DNA of 57,070 nt, filler included, from Platydemus manokwari (taxonomy: Eukaryota): NCBI GenBank assembly GCA_037951405.1. It is 5 parts of 5 records of this genome, joined end to end, with 100 filler letters (N's around TTAATTAATTAA, not from the genome) between each part and the next. Parts side by side here need not be neighbours in the genome. Positions count along the whole stretch, not along the records: positions 1 to 9,665 come from JBBMOY011220987.1; positions 9,766 to 19,470 come from JBBMOY011197765.1; 3 more parts are not named here. The stretch is one strand, 5' to 3'. Under the pieces are notes generated by a model. It was not told the origin of the DNA and ran no database searches. It was given only the letters and a program-made list of their open reading frames with translations. The translations under genes and the position numbers were made by a program. Shown here piece after piece: positions 1 to 13,200 of the stretch. Position 1 is the first letter of the stretch, and the number at the start of each line of letters is the position of its first letter.

Positions 1-1718
1 TTCATCACCAGTAATTTTAGCAAATCTAAGTAGTGCAGCAACAATAACTTATTAGAGCATAATATATCAGCCTACTTAGAAAATTTCAAAGTTAAAGAAA
101 TTATTAGAGATTTACGGAAAATACTTTGAAGATTAAAAAAATTAATGAAATTTAAAATAACAAAAAATACAACAAGAAGCTCATTCTGACTACATAAGAG
201 AGATAAAAGTAAAATAGAGAGAAGAGTTTAAAATAAGTATTTAATTTTTACGAATTTGAAACAATCATTCTACAAAATGAAAGTAAAATTTCTTTATGTA
301 TATTATGTATATTAAAAATATTTTTGAATTTTACGATAAACGAAGTCATTGCAAAAAGTGACTCCGTTAAATACAAATTGAATACGAAAACCGAAGATTT
401 CAAATATATTCACAATAGTTTCGAAAAAATATTTCTAATAATATAAGAAACCCATTAAAAGGAACAAAATCCGAATCTTCGGAAGAATATTTGGGTACTC
501 CTGTTGAATGATTTAAACTTTTTTGTATTTTAAATGATAAAAATAAAATATTTGATATTAATTAATAACATTGGAAGTTATACATCAAATCCAAATTTAT
601 AGGCTTATTCGGTACAGTTCCGGCCTCAACAGAAGCAATTTTGATGAAAATTGGCGCGCCGAAAAATAAAATCCAAAACCTGGTCAAAGAATGCACATTT
701 TCAAATATTGAAAAATCTGGCAATTTCACTCGACCAGTGTTTTGATAGATTGGATCTAACATAAAATAGAATCAAACAATTCCAACCAAACGAAAAGCCG
801 AGATGAATGAATGAAAAAGGAAAATTGACCTCACGAATCAAAGCTTTCAGACCCAAGCAGCTCACAATCAATCCAATGAGCCCAACAAATTTGTATTGAA
901 TAAATCTTGTAACAACATCGCTTTCAGAAAACTCTTATCTTTGCTTCGATAATTAGTCATCCCTAATTGATTTACGAATTCGTGAGTCTTCTTATACTTT
1001 AATATTTGAATGAAATATAAATTTCATCAGTGAAAGATAATCTTTGCTTTGCAATGTCAATTGGATTTATATTTACTTTTTTCATATAATTATTTTATTA
1101 TCAATTGAAAGTCAAATTTATATTCATTGGAAAAATATAATGAAAAATCTTTTGGTTTTCTGGTTAATAAATTATAATTGTAGAAGTTCAGATATTTATT
1201 GGCATTCACTTACTAAAATTTCTTTCAATTGGATCTCCAAAGGTTTTATCATTGTGAAAGATTTCCAGAGAAATCAAATCGAAATATTATCGACTACGAA
1301 GAAACAAAGCTAAATGAAGAAGCACCATAAAGATGAATTATTTAATGAAATCAGTGTGAATGATATTAATATGTTTTTTAACTGCTACTGAATGAATAAG
1401 AGGACATTAAATAGATGAGAAATCGATTTAGTTCGGGATGTGTTGAATATAAATAAGTTATTGGTGACCATTAACCTAACATATTTTATGTGATTACAAG
1501 ATAATATTTATAAAAAAGTTAATAGATTTGTTTGAAGATTTGTTGCAATAACGAGCTTTCTAAAAACAATGGATTTACTAAACATTTTCCTTTAAAAAAT
1601 CAATTTTATTGATTTGTAAATGCTCATGGAGCCAAATGTATTAATAACTCAGCACTAACAGTACATTAATATTAAGTTTAATTTTCTCTGTCTGATTGTA
1701 CATGACTGATTTGAGACC

Positions 1719-1725
1719 TATAAAT
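1719..1725 (+). promoter_or_regulatory. Candidate TATA box (TATAAAT) of CRAL-TRIO paralogue A
   Basis: CCTATAAATAG lies about 50 bp upstream of the ATG and is followed by an Inr-like TCATTT near 1738. The AT-rich background limits specificity. Confidence 0.45.
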
Positions 1726-1771
1726 AGACATTGCAATTCATTTGCGACTACATAGATTCGAAATTGTGATA

Positions 1772-3158
1772 ATGACTGATAAATATGGGTATGAAAAAAT
1801 TAGCGAATCATCGAAACAATTTGCTATTGATGATTTGAAAGAGGATCCAGAAAAGGTGAATGAACAAATTGAGCAACTGAAGAAATGGGCGATATCAATG
1901 CCACATTTCAACTGTCCTACAAGTATAATTTATTATGATTATATTTTGAATTGATTATATTGTGACATATTTAAATAGATTATCATTTCCTACTTCGATT
2001 TCTACGATCAGCGCGATTTGATATGAAAGCAGCTCAAAAACAATTGGATTCTTTTTGTACAATGAGAAGTTCTCATAGAGGAACTCCTGAATATTTCGAT
2101 TATGCTAATATCGATGGTGCGATGATTAACGAATTTCTAAATTCATAGTAGACTAATTATGAAAATCCTTACCTCAATATTTCAATATTTAGCATGTTCA
2201 CACCACTGGGGAGAAATAAAGATGAAGAACTGATAATTTTTGCTTCATTAAGTAAGTTTATTTTATAATATTATCAAATGATTAAAATAATAACCATATT
2301 TGTAACAAAAGCTTTCTCATTTATTATTATTTCAATTTTAGAAGAATGGAATCCTGATACGATTCCTAGAGATACATGGATGGCATTGTTTTTTATGGGA
2401 TTTGAACTTATTCACAGTGAAGAAGAGACTCAAATTCACGGAGTTAGATTATTCTTTGATATGACAGATGCGTCACCAAAGATAGCGGAAGTATGGACTG
2501 ATAATAAATATTTAAAGGAAGTGTCAAGGTGCTATCAAGTGATATTTTGAATATGTAACGAGCTAGTAGTTTAATGAAATCATTTACAGGATATATTTCC
2601 TTGGCGACTCCAAGCTCAAGTATTTTACAATATATCTAAGATATATGATGAGGCGTTCAAGATGTGGAGTTTCTATTTGAGTAAAGAACTTAGTGGTAAA
2701 GTATGTAAATAATCGATATTTAGTTATACATATTATTTTAATTTTACTTTTATTGAGTTTATATTATTATTATATTATAATTTTATATATTATATTCGAT
2801 TATTTTATTATTATCACCGTTGTTATCAAACTATAATATGGTTATCACATTTTAATTTGCTAATTTAAGATTATTCGAACTAATAGTCTGGAAGTTGCAT
2901 TTGATCATATTCCTGGATTGAAAGATCTCTTACCAATCGAATATGGTGGGTGTGGAGGTCCTTTGAAACCACATTCTGGTTATTGTTATTTTCATTTGTT
3001 ATCAATAATTTTCTCATTTCTTTACAGAAAGATGGAAAGAAAGGTTTGAAAACTATTATAAAGATGAACACCCATATAAGGACATCACTGTGGATGAATC
3101 AATTCGCCACGAAGAAACATTGAATTATTTAGACGATTACTTCGAATATGAAGAATAA
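1772..3158 (+). CDS. CRAL-TRIO (Sec14-like) lipid-binding protein, alpha-tocopherol transfer protein/clavesin-like, paralogue A; 7 exons, 308 aa
   Basis: Spliced by hand: exons 1772-1922, 1979-2147, 2193-2251, 2342-2538, 2590-2700, 2870-2978, 3028-3158. All introns are GT-AG and the 927 nt stay in frame. Motifs: FLLRFLRSARFD (CRAL-TRIO N), EEETQIHGVRLFFDM, DIFPWRL, LLPIEYGG. Confidence 0.93.
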
Positions 3159-3489
3159 TTATTTGTGACGCAAATTTAAACTGACAAGAAATAAACTGTA
3201 AAGCTAAATGGTGTTTGTGATATTAAATATAAATCGATATATAGACACTACCATTAGATTGACATATATTGATTATAAAAAATTATAATCGAAAATATTC
3301 TTTGTATTATTATTTTCATGTTGTGGAATTTTTAATAATATATATGCAAAATATTTTTTATTATAATACAATTTCTAAATTAAAATTTTCAAAAATTCAG
3401 AAATCAATACTTTTATATATGTACAGGGACTATTTGTTAAGCAAGTTTTAGGAATGAGATAAAGAGCAAAAAAACAAATTGTTTAGCAA

Positions 3490-4760
3490 TAAGAGCCTTT
3501 ATAATTTAAATTTCTGAGCAACAACTGAGACCACATTCTCAAGCATATTATGGTGAAATATATCTTTTTAATAAAAGCAAATTGTGCAAACTCTAGCACA
3601 ATCAGTGAGCATTGATTTTGGAGCACCATGCCTATAGATACAATTATTGATGAAAGACTTGGACATACTGATCTTGTCTTGTTGAATAAGTGGTACTAAG
3701 CTTACTAACTTACTGAATCTACCTGGTTTTAGTCATAAATTCCCCAAAGTGCGCAACATCAACAATAATCTGTTTCAGAGGACCAAACTCTTCGCTTGGA
3801 GTCATAAAACCTTTAGGCTGTCCAGTGTATACCTTCTGTTTAGCACAAATATCACAAGTCCGTAATTCGTGTTAGACGCTTCGTATTATATTTGAACAGA
3901 AGTAAATCTTTTGAATGTAAACTCCTCATTAAGGTATCTCGTTTGTTTCTGCAAATAAACCTCTGTCACAATTATTCACTTCTTTTCATACTAATTATAC
4001 ACTACAGTATCTTAAAACACTTCGTATTTCTCTAAACTGCTAAAATATTTGCTTTTCTCGATCACTGAATTGACTTCTGTTTCTGTTTTCTGTAACCATT
4101 TTCGAATGGAACCAACGACAATATCTTCTTGTGTAATTTTCCTTAGTTCGTTATTACATACAATTGAATGCACGACCACATTAATAAACCGACTTTTTGG
4201 TTTGCATTCCTCAGCACCTTGATGCTGAATTAAGTGCTGTGAACAAAATGCTTTCTTTTATACACATAATTAATTAAATATCATTTTTATCAGAATTTGT
4301 CTTCAGTGCCACTGCGATTCAGTTTTAGTTGCGTATTTCTTTTCGCGTTTATAACATCAATTGATTTTATTCCTACAAGAAATATTCCAGAAGTTTTCAT
4401 CACATCAACTCCTCTGATAAGTCCCAGTGAAATTTCTTTTACTACAATGATCTCCTTTATTACAATTTGGTTGTTCCAAATTATTAGAATCATAATTTTC
4501 CCTAGACACTACTTGTGTGTATTGGAGAATACACCAGGCAATTGAACATTAGAAATTTTAATCAGCGGCTGTCTAGCCTTCTGGCTAAATTACATTATCT
4601 GAACGGATACCCTTCTTTTCCTCATATTAAACATTTATTCCGCAGAGGACATTCAAAATTCTGCTGTCCAAGCTCACCATATCAAAAGCAAGCTCTTGGT
4701 TTTAAATATTCTTAACGTGATGTGTGTTTGCCTCTACAATCGTTGTGCAGTTTAGACGCA
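3490..4760 (-). mobile_element. Decayed Ty3/Gypsy LTR-retrotransposon pol fragment (integrase, possibly RNase H)
   Basis: Broken minus-strand frames give LRTCDICAKQK (integrase Zn-finger CxxC, about 3835-3865), IVDVAHFGE and HGAPKSMLTD (integrase core, about 3600-3630), with many stops and frameshifts. Boundaries are approximate. Confidence 0.7.
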
Positions 4761-5416
4761 AGAGCCTTCATTGATCTTAATGGTCTCTTATCTTTTGAAG
4801 ATTCCATGTGATTAACTGGTATTCGATGATAATTAGATATAATTATTTCGGAAACTTTCTATTGCATTAGCTAAAATATTTACATTTTGTTTTAGATTTA
4901 AAATGATATAATTCCATAATGTTTTACATTTAAATTTATTCCAAACAGTTTGAGCACTTTTTACTTCAATAAATTATATTTTAATAAAATAAAGTAAATA
5001 TAGATTTATAAATAAATAAGGAGAAAATAAAATGTTTTACACAAATATTTAGAAGTTCAATCATAACTTGAAACAGAATGATTTATCATTAATATATCAG
5101 CAAGAACAAAAATGATTTAATTAAAATTAGCGATATTCCTTTTAAGTTGCAGTAACGATTATTGAAGATATTATATTGAAGGTAAGTTTGAGGAAAACAA
5201 AATACAGATAAGATTTATTTTAAGGTAATAATCATAAGATTTTAAATGAAAGATAGTGTATTAGTAAAAATATCCAACGGTTCCTAAGATTTCACAATAG
5301 AAACCTGATGAACCCAAAAATTAAAATAAATATCCAATCAATTATTAAACAAATAAAAATCCAATCCAATTTTGATTTAACTAGTTTAATGTTGTCAAAT
5401 TCAATTTGCAATACAT

Positions 5417-6738
5417 TTATTCTTCGTCATATTCCTGATATTCATCTAAATAATTCAATGTTTCTTCGTGACGTATCGATTCATCCACAGTGATATCCTT
5501 GAATGGATCACCTTCTCTATAATGCATTTTAAATTGTTCTTTCCATTTTTCTGTGAGAAAATGATTAAATCAATTATATCAATAAATAAAATATTATAAT
5601 AAAATCAATGGCAAACTAAATAACCAGAAAGTGGTTTCAAAGGGCCTCCACATCCACCAAATTCGATCGGCAACAGCTCTTTCAATCCAGGCATATATTG
5701 AAAAACTACATCAAGATCATTAGTTAGAATGACCTAAAATTAAAAATTCAGTAGATACATACTAAATTGATCAAAACAAAATTTCTATAAAGTTTAACTC
5801 AAAACATTAACCATTTCCGTACTTTGTCAGCACATAGCTTATTCATGTAGAAGCAATAAATATTTAGCGGATGATTAAAATTATTGGCCGTATTGTAAAT
5901 CACTTCAACTTTCAAACGCCACGGAAAAATATCCTACAAACCATTTTATGAAATCTCTAACTTCACAGTTATACAAAATCTAACTTTATAGCACCTTGCT
6001 ACTTCCATTAAAAATTTACTATCATTCCACGCCTCTGCTACCTTATCCGAAGCATCGGTTATATCAAAGTATACTCGAATTCCATGGATCTGTGTCTCTT
6101 CTTCACACTGCATCAGTTCAAATCCCATAAAAGTTAAAGCCAACCATTTATTTCTAGGAATTGTTTCAGGATTCCAGAATTCTGAAATTTAAATGTATAG
6201 ATTTATATCTCCACTACTCATATCGTTATAATTATTAATTATCATAATCAAAAATATTATTACTGATTGGCACGAAAACTATTAATTCTCCATCTTTATT
6301 CCTTCCCAGTGGTGTAAACATTCTAAATATTTCAAAATTTATCTCGATATTTAATTTTACCAATCTACTTTGAGTTTAGAAATTCATCAATCATTGCGTC
6401 ATCAATATGAGCATAATCGAAAAATTCTGTAGTTCCTCTATGAGAACGTCTGACAGTGCAAAAAGAATCCAATCGTTTTTGACTTGCTTTCATATCAAAT
6501 CTCTCCACTCTTAGAAATCGTAGCAAGAAATTAGAATCTATTCAAATCATTTATAACATAATGATGAATATTATTTTATTATCATACCTGTTGGACAATT
6601 GAGATGTGGCATTGATATCGCCCATTTTCTCAGTTCATCAATCTGTTCGTTAACCCGTGCTGGATCTTCTTTCAAATCATCAATGGCAAATTGTTTCGAT
6701 GATTCACTTAATTTAACATAATCATATTTATCCGTCAT
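5417..6738 (-). CDS. CRAL-TRIO/alpha-TTP-like protein, paralogue B; 7 exons, 309 aa; convergent inverted duplicate of paralogue A
   Basis: Exons 6738-6588, 6537-6369, 6322-6264, 6181-5985, 5933-5823, 5733-5625, 5550-5417. The first six exon lengths equal those of paralogue A (151/169/59/197/111/109) and the frame is intact. Exon 1 shares 41/50 aa with A. Confidence 0.93.
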
Positions 6739-9220
6739 TATCACTGTGTCGGTTTTATGAAGTGAGAAATGAATTTAAAATAATCTGGCTTTACTTATTT
6801 TAAGGTCTTAAATAATGCACACACCATTCGATAAAACAGCTGAAATATATTCTAACGTTATTAAATGCTTAATACATAACTACACATGAACATTTATAAA
6901 TCAATATTATCGAGATCTTAAAATGAAAATCTTTTTGTAAATCCAATACTTGAGAATGCAAGTTTCGCCGACAATTTTTCATACAAATTAATCACTGTTT
7001 TATGAATTTAGAAACGAAACTAATAATTTAAGTGCGGACTTCCTATTTACTAAAGTAAAATTTCAAGCAAAAATTCATAACATTTATTATTTATTTCTTC
7101 GTCATTTATTTCCTATCAACATTTTACTTCCTCTCCTCTCTTACATAACCTCAATTAATAAAAATAAATAACTAAATGATATTGATAACAAATAAATCAA
7201 TTCAGAATTAGAGTTGATTCCTATACAAAACCAAAAGATTCTGTAATCGAAACTATCAAAATCAACATTGTTAGTCCAATTATTAGATCATTGATCAGAA
7301 TTGTTGATCAGAATGTCTACATTTACTTTAGATATTGATTATTGAGATTGATTGAGCTGTTTTCGATTTACTAAAGTCAAGGTACGGGATTCTAAGGTTT
7401 AAATAGGTATAGATTTAACTGGGTTTGTGGATTCCAAGTTTTTCGTTGTGTAGTTTCCCGAAATATTTATTAAAAAAAGAAATTAGCAAAACCAAACCTA
7501 TAATTTATAGATTGATAGATTTAAAGGGTAGAAATATTCTTGGAAGGTTTTATCAAAATCAGTTAGTAAGAACAAATTTTTGATATAAATTTCAATGTTT
7601 GCAACTCAGTCGTAGTAATAATTATGAGTTGAATTAATGGCTGGGGTACAAATTCCAAGGTACTTTATTTTCTCTAAAATAAAAATTTGATGGAAAATAA
7701 ATCCATCTAAAGAAGAAAAAATCGTAGATCAAGAATCTGTTTATATTCGAAAATATATTTATGTTTAAAGTTTCGAAAATAAAAATAATAGTAAGTAGTT
7801 TATTTATTAACTAACAATAAAATGTAAAACTCGTATTATTTGTTCTAGCCACATCTCATCGGATTTTTGTTTTTTATTTATTTATATTTATTTATATCTT
7901 ATTCCTTTTTGTATTTCTTTAGTTTTGAAATGAAATTCGAAAGGTAAGGCTCTGATACCGAATCTTCTTCGTGCTTGTATTCAGTTTAAAATAACTATAA
8001 ATTTTAAGATATTAGTATTTCAGTCAAACAATTTATTTTATGATTTCCATGATTGTTTGCTTTATATTTTTTTTTCTTTAAGAGAAAAACCTTTCTTATA
8101 TTCTTTTTCCCTTTAGGATTATAAAATTATTTTATTTTTCATACTCGGGTAACTTTATTCAATCATAAATTCGCCTACATTTTAATTTTTATTTTCGTTA
8201 AAATTGCATCCAAATTATAAATTTCGCTTACATTTATTTATAAATTTTTCATTACTGTTTTATTTATTATTATCACTTTCAAAAATATAATTACATCCCA
8301 AATTTTATTTATTGTCTATAATTTCATCCCACATATAGTAATTGAATACATTGATTGGCTCATAAAAAATAATCCAAAATTTTTTACATAGCATAAAACT
8401 GTGGTCAAATCAATAGTCAGATAAAGTTAATTTCATATACTATGTGTAATTTACAATCGGCTCTTGATTGAGGCTTTTTGCAGGGTTTGGTAGGAGGATT
8501 GGATTTGGGATTAGGATCCTATCTTCTGGTAGACTGATGTCTGAGATTGTCGTGAAGATGGAGGAGATATTTGAGATGGTTGTAAAGATGATGATAATCC
8601 AACTCAGTAACAAGATTTTATGGAAGATGTGGAATATGAAACATTTCAAAATAGTATACCAATCAATAGTTCTTTGGATTAATATGTTGAGAAGCAAACA
8701 TCAAATGCTACGAGAAGATGAAATTATATGTCTTATCAAATTTAACATGATCTATGAAGGCACCTACTTTGTTAAATTTTCACATAAATGCTAATATCGG
8801 AAACTTATAAATCAAATTGGTACTGAAATTTTTAAAACAAAACTCAATGAGGATTTAGAAATGTCAGTATACTAAATTCAACTTCAGATTTGATTTGTAA
8901 ATCCAAAATTGTAGAACATCAACAATCTATATTATCGATGTTAAATGTCCAATAGATTACCCGAGATTCATGAAAGATGCTCACAAATGAATCTTTAAAA
9001 ATATTAAGAATTGAGAAATTATATTCATACAAATCTGATTGGTTAGTTGAATTGCACACTTTTGTGAATGATGCACTCAGATCTTAATTGTATTTGGATT
9101 ATTGATCACATCTTGAAAGCTAGTATTTTGGTAATGGCATAATGATAAAATTGTAACGTTGATGATCTGGTCGTGGTAGCTTGGTTCATTTATTTGTAGC
9201 CAATACATATCAAATTCTAT

Positions 9221-9665
9221 CTAAGCTGTTTCTGAATCATAACCGTATGCTCTGGACATTTCATAATACTCCGCCATGAAATCCGTAAATTCCAAGGGGT
9301 CTCCTCCATAAGTCTTTACAGGTAATTTTCCGCTGATCATCATCACTGATTGACACTTATGGTCATCAAGACCGTTTCTGCTTGATGGAGAGTGGTTTCC
9401 GTCTTCCAATCTTCTTAAGAATCCTTTTAAGCTTTCTATTTCTGGTGCTACCGAATCTGGTATCTCTCTGTCCTTCTGTTGACTTTCTAAGTTAAGCTGC
9501 TTCTGTCTTGTTGTGCTTCTTGTTTGTCTTCTATCTTCTGACGCACTTCGTTTACTAGAAGACGCCAGTCTCTGTGTCCTGAATCTCCAAGCTTGTTTCT
9601 CTTGAAACTAAGCCTTCTTGTTTTCTTCTGAGTTGCTTTTCCTCCTGGAAAGCCTGCTTTTCTAT
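9221..9665 (-). mobile_element. LTR-retrotransposon gag-like fragment (BEL/Pao DUF1759-like or Gypsy), truncated by the contig end
   Basis: Higher-GC segment encoding a basic/Ser-rich stretch followed by KLPVKTYGGDPLEFTDFMAEY, resembling the KLP..F.G.P..W..F gag motif. Confidence 0.5.
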
Positions 9666-9765
9666 NNNNNNNNNNNNNNNNNNNNNNNNNNNNNNNNNNN
9701 NNNNNNNNNTTAATTAATTAANNNNNNNNNNNNNNNNNNNNNNNNNNNNNNNNNNNNNNNNNNNN
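9666..9765. other. Assembly gap/spacer (44 N + TTAATTAATTAA + 44 N)
   Basis: Seen directly. The linker has stops in all six frames. Confidence 0.97.
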
Positions 9766-12618
9766 ATTGTCGAAAGGGATATATTGAAAATAAAACATTA
9801 AAAGTCATCCCTATTGATAAATATCCATAGAATCTTTCACTCAACAGTGTAAAAAGAAATCCGGTTAAGCAATTGTTGGACATCAATATTTATAACATTA
9901 TTCGATTTATAATTGAGTTTAAAATCAGAGTTTCTTCTGATGTCGATTCTATATAGAAATTCCTAGATTATTGTTTCCCGATGGTAATTATTACAACCAT
10001 CCAATTACAACCATCATCTGCTTCCAAGTGATGGTTGGTAGTGAAATCAAACTTCTATTCGATTTTGATTGTTAATCACGATTACGAAACAACTTATCAA
10101 TGATTTACACAATAAGATGAAAAATCAATGAAATTTTTAAAATATTTTATTACAAAAATATTTATATAATTTCATAAAAATCTGAAATCAATATAATTAA
10201 ACGAGAACAAATTTAAGAAAATATTGAATGAACTATTCTCATTTTAAAGAATATCTAAAGCTGTAACAAAGCAAAATGCTATTTCATCTCATAATAGGAA
10301 TACAAACTGAATTGAATAGATAACCACAGAAACAAAAGATTAAATATATCCGAGATTATCGTATTTTTTTTCTTACAATTCTATGCACGTGTGACAATAG
10401 ATATCGGTAGAATAATAAAAATCAATGAAAATTAAAACAAAAATATTTTAAAAAATATAAAAAATACAATTTTAAATAAAATACAATTAGCCTGATAAAT
10501 AATTTTTAAGATTTTTTTTCAGTTATGTTTTATCCAAACATATTTTGATAGATAGTTTTTATAAATATTTAAAATTCAAAAAAAATCAATAATCCCTGAA
10601 AAAAAATCGAAAATGCAGAAATAAAAAATTCCATAATATATGGGAATCGATTTATTGAATAATTGCTTCGATCAACAACACGATACAATCACATTTTTCA
10701 AGAAATCACATTCATTCATTAATTCACTGCTTGTTTTGTTATTCGTTCAATTCTCTTTAATCATAATTCACTATAGCATTACAAACACTCATTCCGATTG
10801 CTAATCCATTTATGTGGTTTTCGGAATTGTATTTTTCGGTATTGGATTTTGTACCTTTACAAAGTACGAAATTTATTTTTAGATTTTTTTCAATTATTTT
10901 CGAACATATTTTAATCCACTAAATAAAAATTATTTATAATAATATACTCATTAAAGATAGATACACATACACCCAATATAAGGCTTGATTGTAGGACACT
11001 GGAAAATTCAATATTGTTTTCTAGTCTTACAAATTTTTCTTAATAGGCAGCCATTTCCTCAGTCAGAGGACTGATCTTTACTTTACGGTTGCAGTCGCCC
11101 AGGTCAGATTATTGAGAATCCGACTGGCTATTGGAGTTTTCAATTCATAAAAATAATGTATAATTTGATGAGTTAAATGATAATTGTCTTGATAAAAATA
11201 TAAATACCGATTTTAATAGTAATATAGTGGAAATTAATGCAATGATAAAAGCAATTGAAAACTAATGACGTCACCTTCAATTACTAACCATCTGACAATA
11301 TCACAGATACGTGACTGAGCGTTTCAATCATGAATGGGTGTGTATTCGTTACCTTTGCTAGTTTGGGTTAGAAAAGAAATATGTGTATCGAATGCTTGTA
11401 TTAATATGTCTCAGAACTAGTTTAAATATCTTGTATTAAAGAAACTCGTGTGATAATAACGGTGTGCTATTATATAACAACAAAAACCTAATTGAAATAA
11501 TTACTCTATATATATTATAAAAATACTTTTTACGGTTTTTGTTTATTTTTATATTAGTTTATATTTAGATTTTTCAATTATTTGTGAGGATATTTTAATC
11601 CTATTTACTAACAGAGGTTTTCTTAATTTTTAAATTCACGTAATTCATGAACACACGATTCAAGTATTAATGGCTGATATAATAAAATAATAATTATATA
11701 TATAAAAGTATCATTTACATATAAAGATCTACTTAAAATCTTTTAAAAAACGGCAAAAAGTTATTTACAGTAAAATTTCCAAAATTTCGAATAATTCTTT
11801 TCATCATTTAGTTTTTGTTTAAGTTTTTCATGGAAATAAATTCTTTTTTCGTTTATTATTTTCCTCGTCTCTAAAATGGAAAGAAAAATAATTAAAATTT
11901 TAATCTGTTTTCGAATGAAAGAGTTTTTTACTACGTTTTAACAACTTGTTTTTCTTTGCTCTCAATTTATGATTATTTTTTCCATTATATATTCGAAAGA
12001 AAAAAGATATTTTTCTTTTCGTTTTACTGATATCATTGTTTTTGTTTTCTGCATTTGAAGCAAATTTCGCACAACATCGGCAGCAAGTTTAAAGGAAAAG
12101 AAGAAAAGGTTGAAACAATCCCACAATAAAATCATGTGCTCGTCAATGGCATATTCATGGAAATATATCAGTATTGGATGGCTAATAATACATATAGTGA
12201 ATTATAAGAGGTTTATCCAATTTGATATGTGTGATTTACTTGTTTTCTTATCTTTTGTTCTTTATTTTTGATCGTATCAAGATTTGTAATTGAGTGTTTG
12301 ACATATGACAAATGTGTTGTAAGTACCGATGATGTAATTGAATGTAATGGCAGCATGGATTAATATGAAATATCATAAAACTAATATGATAACCAAATCA
12401 ACTGTTAAAAATATAATCAAATAATAACATTTCTTTCTAGTAATTGATATAATATTAATTTAAAGTGGAGAGTGGGGGGTAAGACTCTTCCCCCAAAACA
12501 AAATTAAATATTCGGATGCATCAGTGATTTCTGAATGGCATAGATCGACTTAATAATTTATTTGATAAATAATTTATGAAATTTGATGGAAATGAAAAAT
12601 TCTTTTTCGGTTTTGTAG

Positions 12619-13200
12619 ATTCTCTGTGGAATTTTGTCTCTGATCTGTTCGATTCTCTGTCTGTTATCCAGTATTTTTTCCGGTATCCATGGAAACTGGA
12701 TTTCAGGTCACGGCGATGATTGTTTCTCGGATGATGGTGAAGACAAGAAACGAATTCTCGGTGGATGTTGCTACAATTCGAAATTAAATCATCCAAACAT
12801 CAATTTAAATTCATCACAAAATTCCTGCATTTGTCAAGACGCAAGAAGCTACGATTCATCACCGATAACTCAGACAATGATATACAATGGTCTAAGTTGC
12901 CGTTATGTATTTTCGGCAGTGAAAGACTATTTAATACTTCAATGTGCTCTGATGGCAATCGGATCAGGTGTTTGTCTTTGGCTTCTACAGATGACGATTC
13001 AAAGAATCATGCACGAATGCTCCCTTAGTCGACAAATCACTTTATCACCCGATATCAGCGACGAACAGAATTGTGTTGGCCAAAGTCCTGTGATACCAAT
13101 GAAGATAAGGTGTATACAATCTAATCAAAAGCTACAACTTGTAAATGATTTCATTCGCGATAAGTCATTATATGAACAGCAACCAATAGGAAAAGTGTGA
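12619..13200 (+). CDS. Terminal coding exon of a multi-pass membrane protein with a Cys-rich loop between two TM helices (CD20/MS4A/sarcospan-like architecture); upstream exons not located
   Basis: TTTTGTAG acceptor at 12617-12618, then a phase-0 open frame to TGA 13200. Hydrophobic ILCGILSLICSILCLLSSIFSGI and YLILQCALMAIGSGVCLWLL flank a loop with GGCCY, SCIC and LSC. The family call is tentative. Confidence 0.7.
   Translation: MLCGILSLICSILCLLSSIFSGIHGNWISGHGDDCFSDDGEDKKRILGGCCYNSKLNHPNINLNSSQNSCICQDARSYDSSPITQTMIYNGLSCRYVFSAVKDYLILQCALMAIGSGVCLWLLQMTIQRIMHECSLSRQITLSPDISDEQNCVGQSPVIPMKIRCIQSNQKLQLVNDFIRDKSLYEQQPIGKV

Noticed and set aside
8468-9000. ORFs 8468-8794 (+) and 8440-8697 (-) as host genes
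   Set aside because: Low-complexity purine-rich repeats with frame breaks next to a gag-like fragment. Probably transposon debris, and no family could be assigned.
9710-9721. Recurrent TTAATTAATTAA as a biological repeat, CRISPR-like array or piggyBac target
   Set aside because: It is always centred in N-runs of identical length, which marks it as an assembly linker.
12474-12496. Small GC hairpin TGGGGG...CCCCCA upstream of the membrane-protein exon
   Set aside because: The stem is too short, it lacks a downstream CTRR for a Helitron end, and bacterial-type terminators do not apply here.
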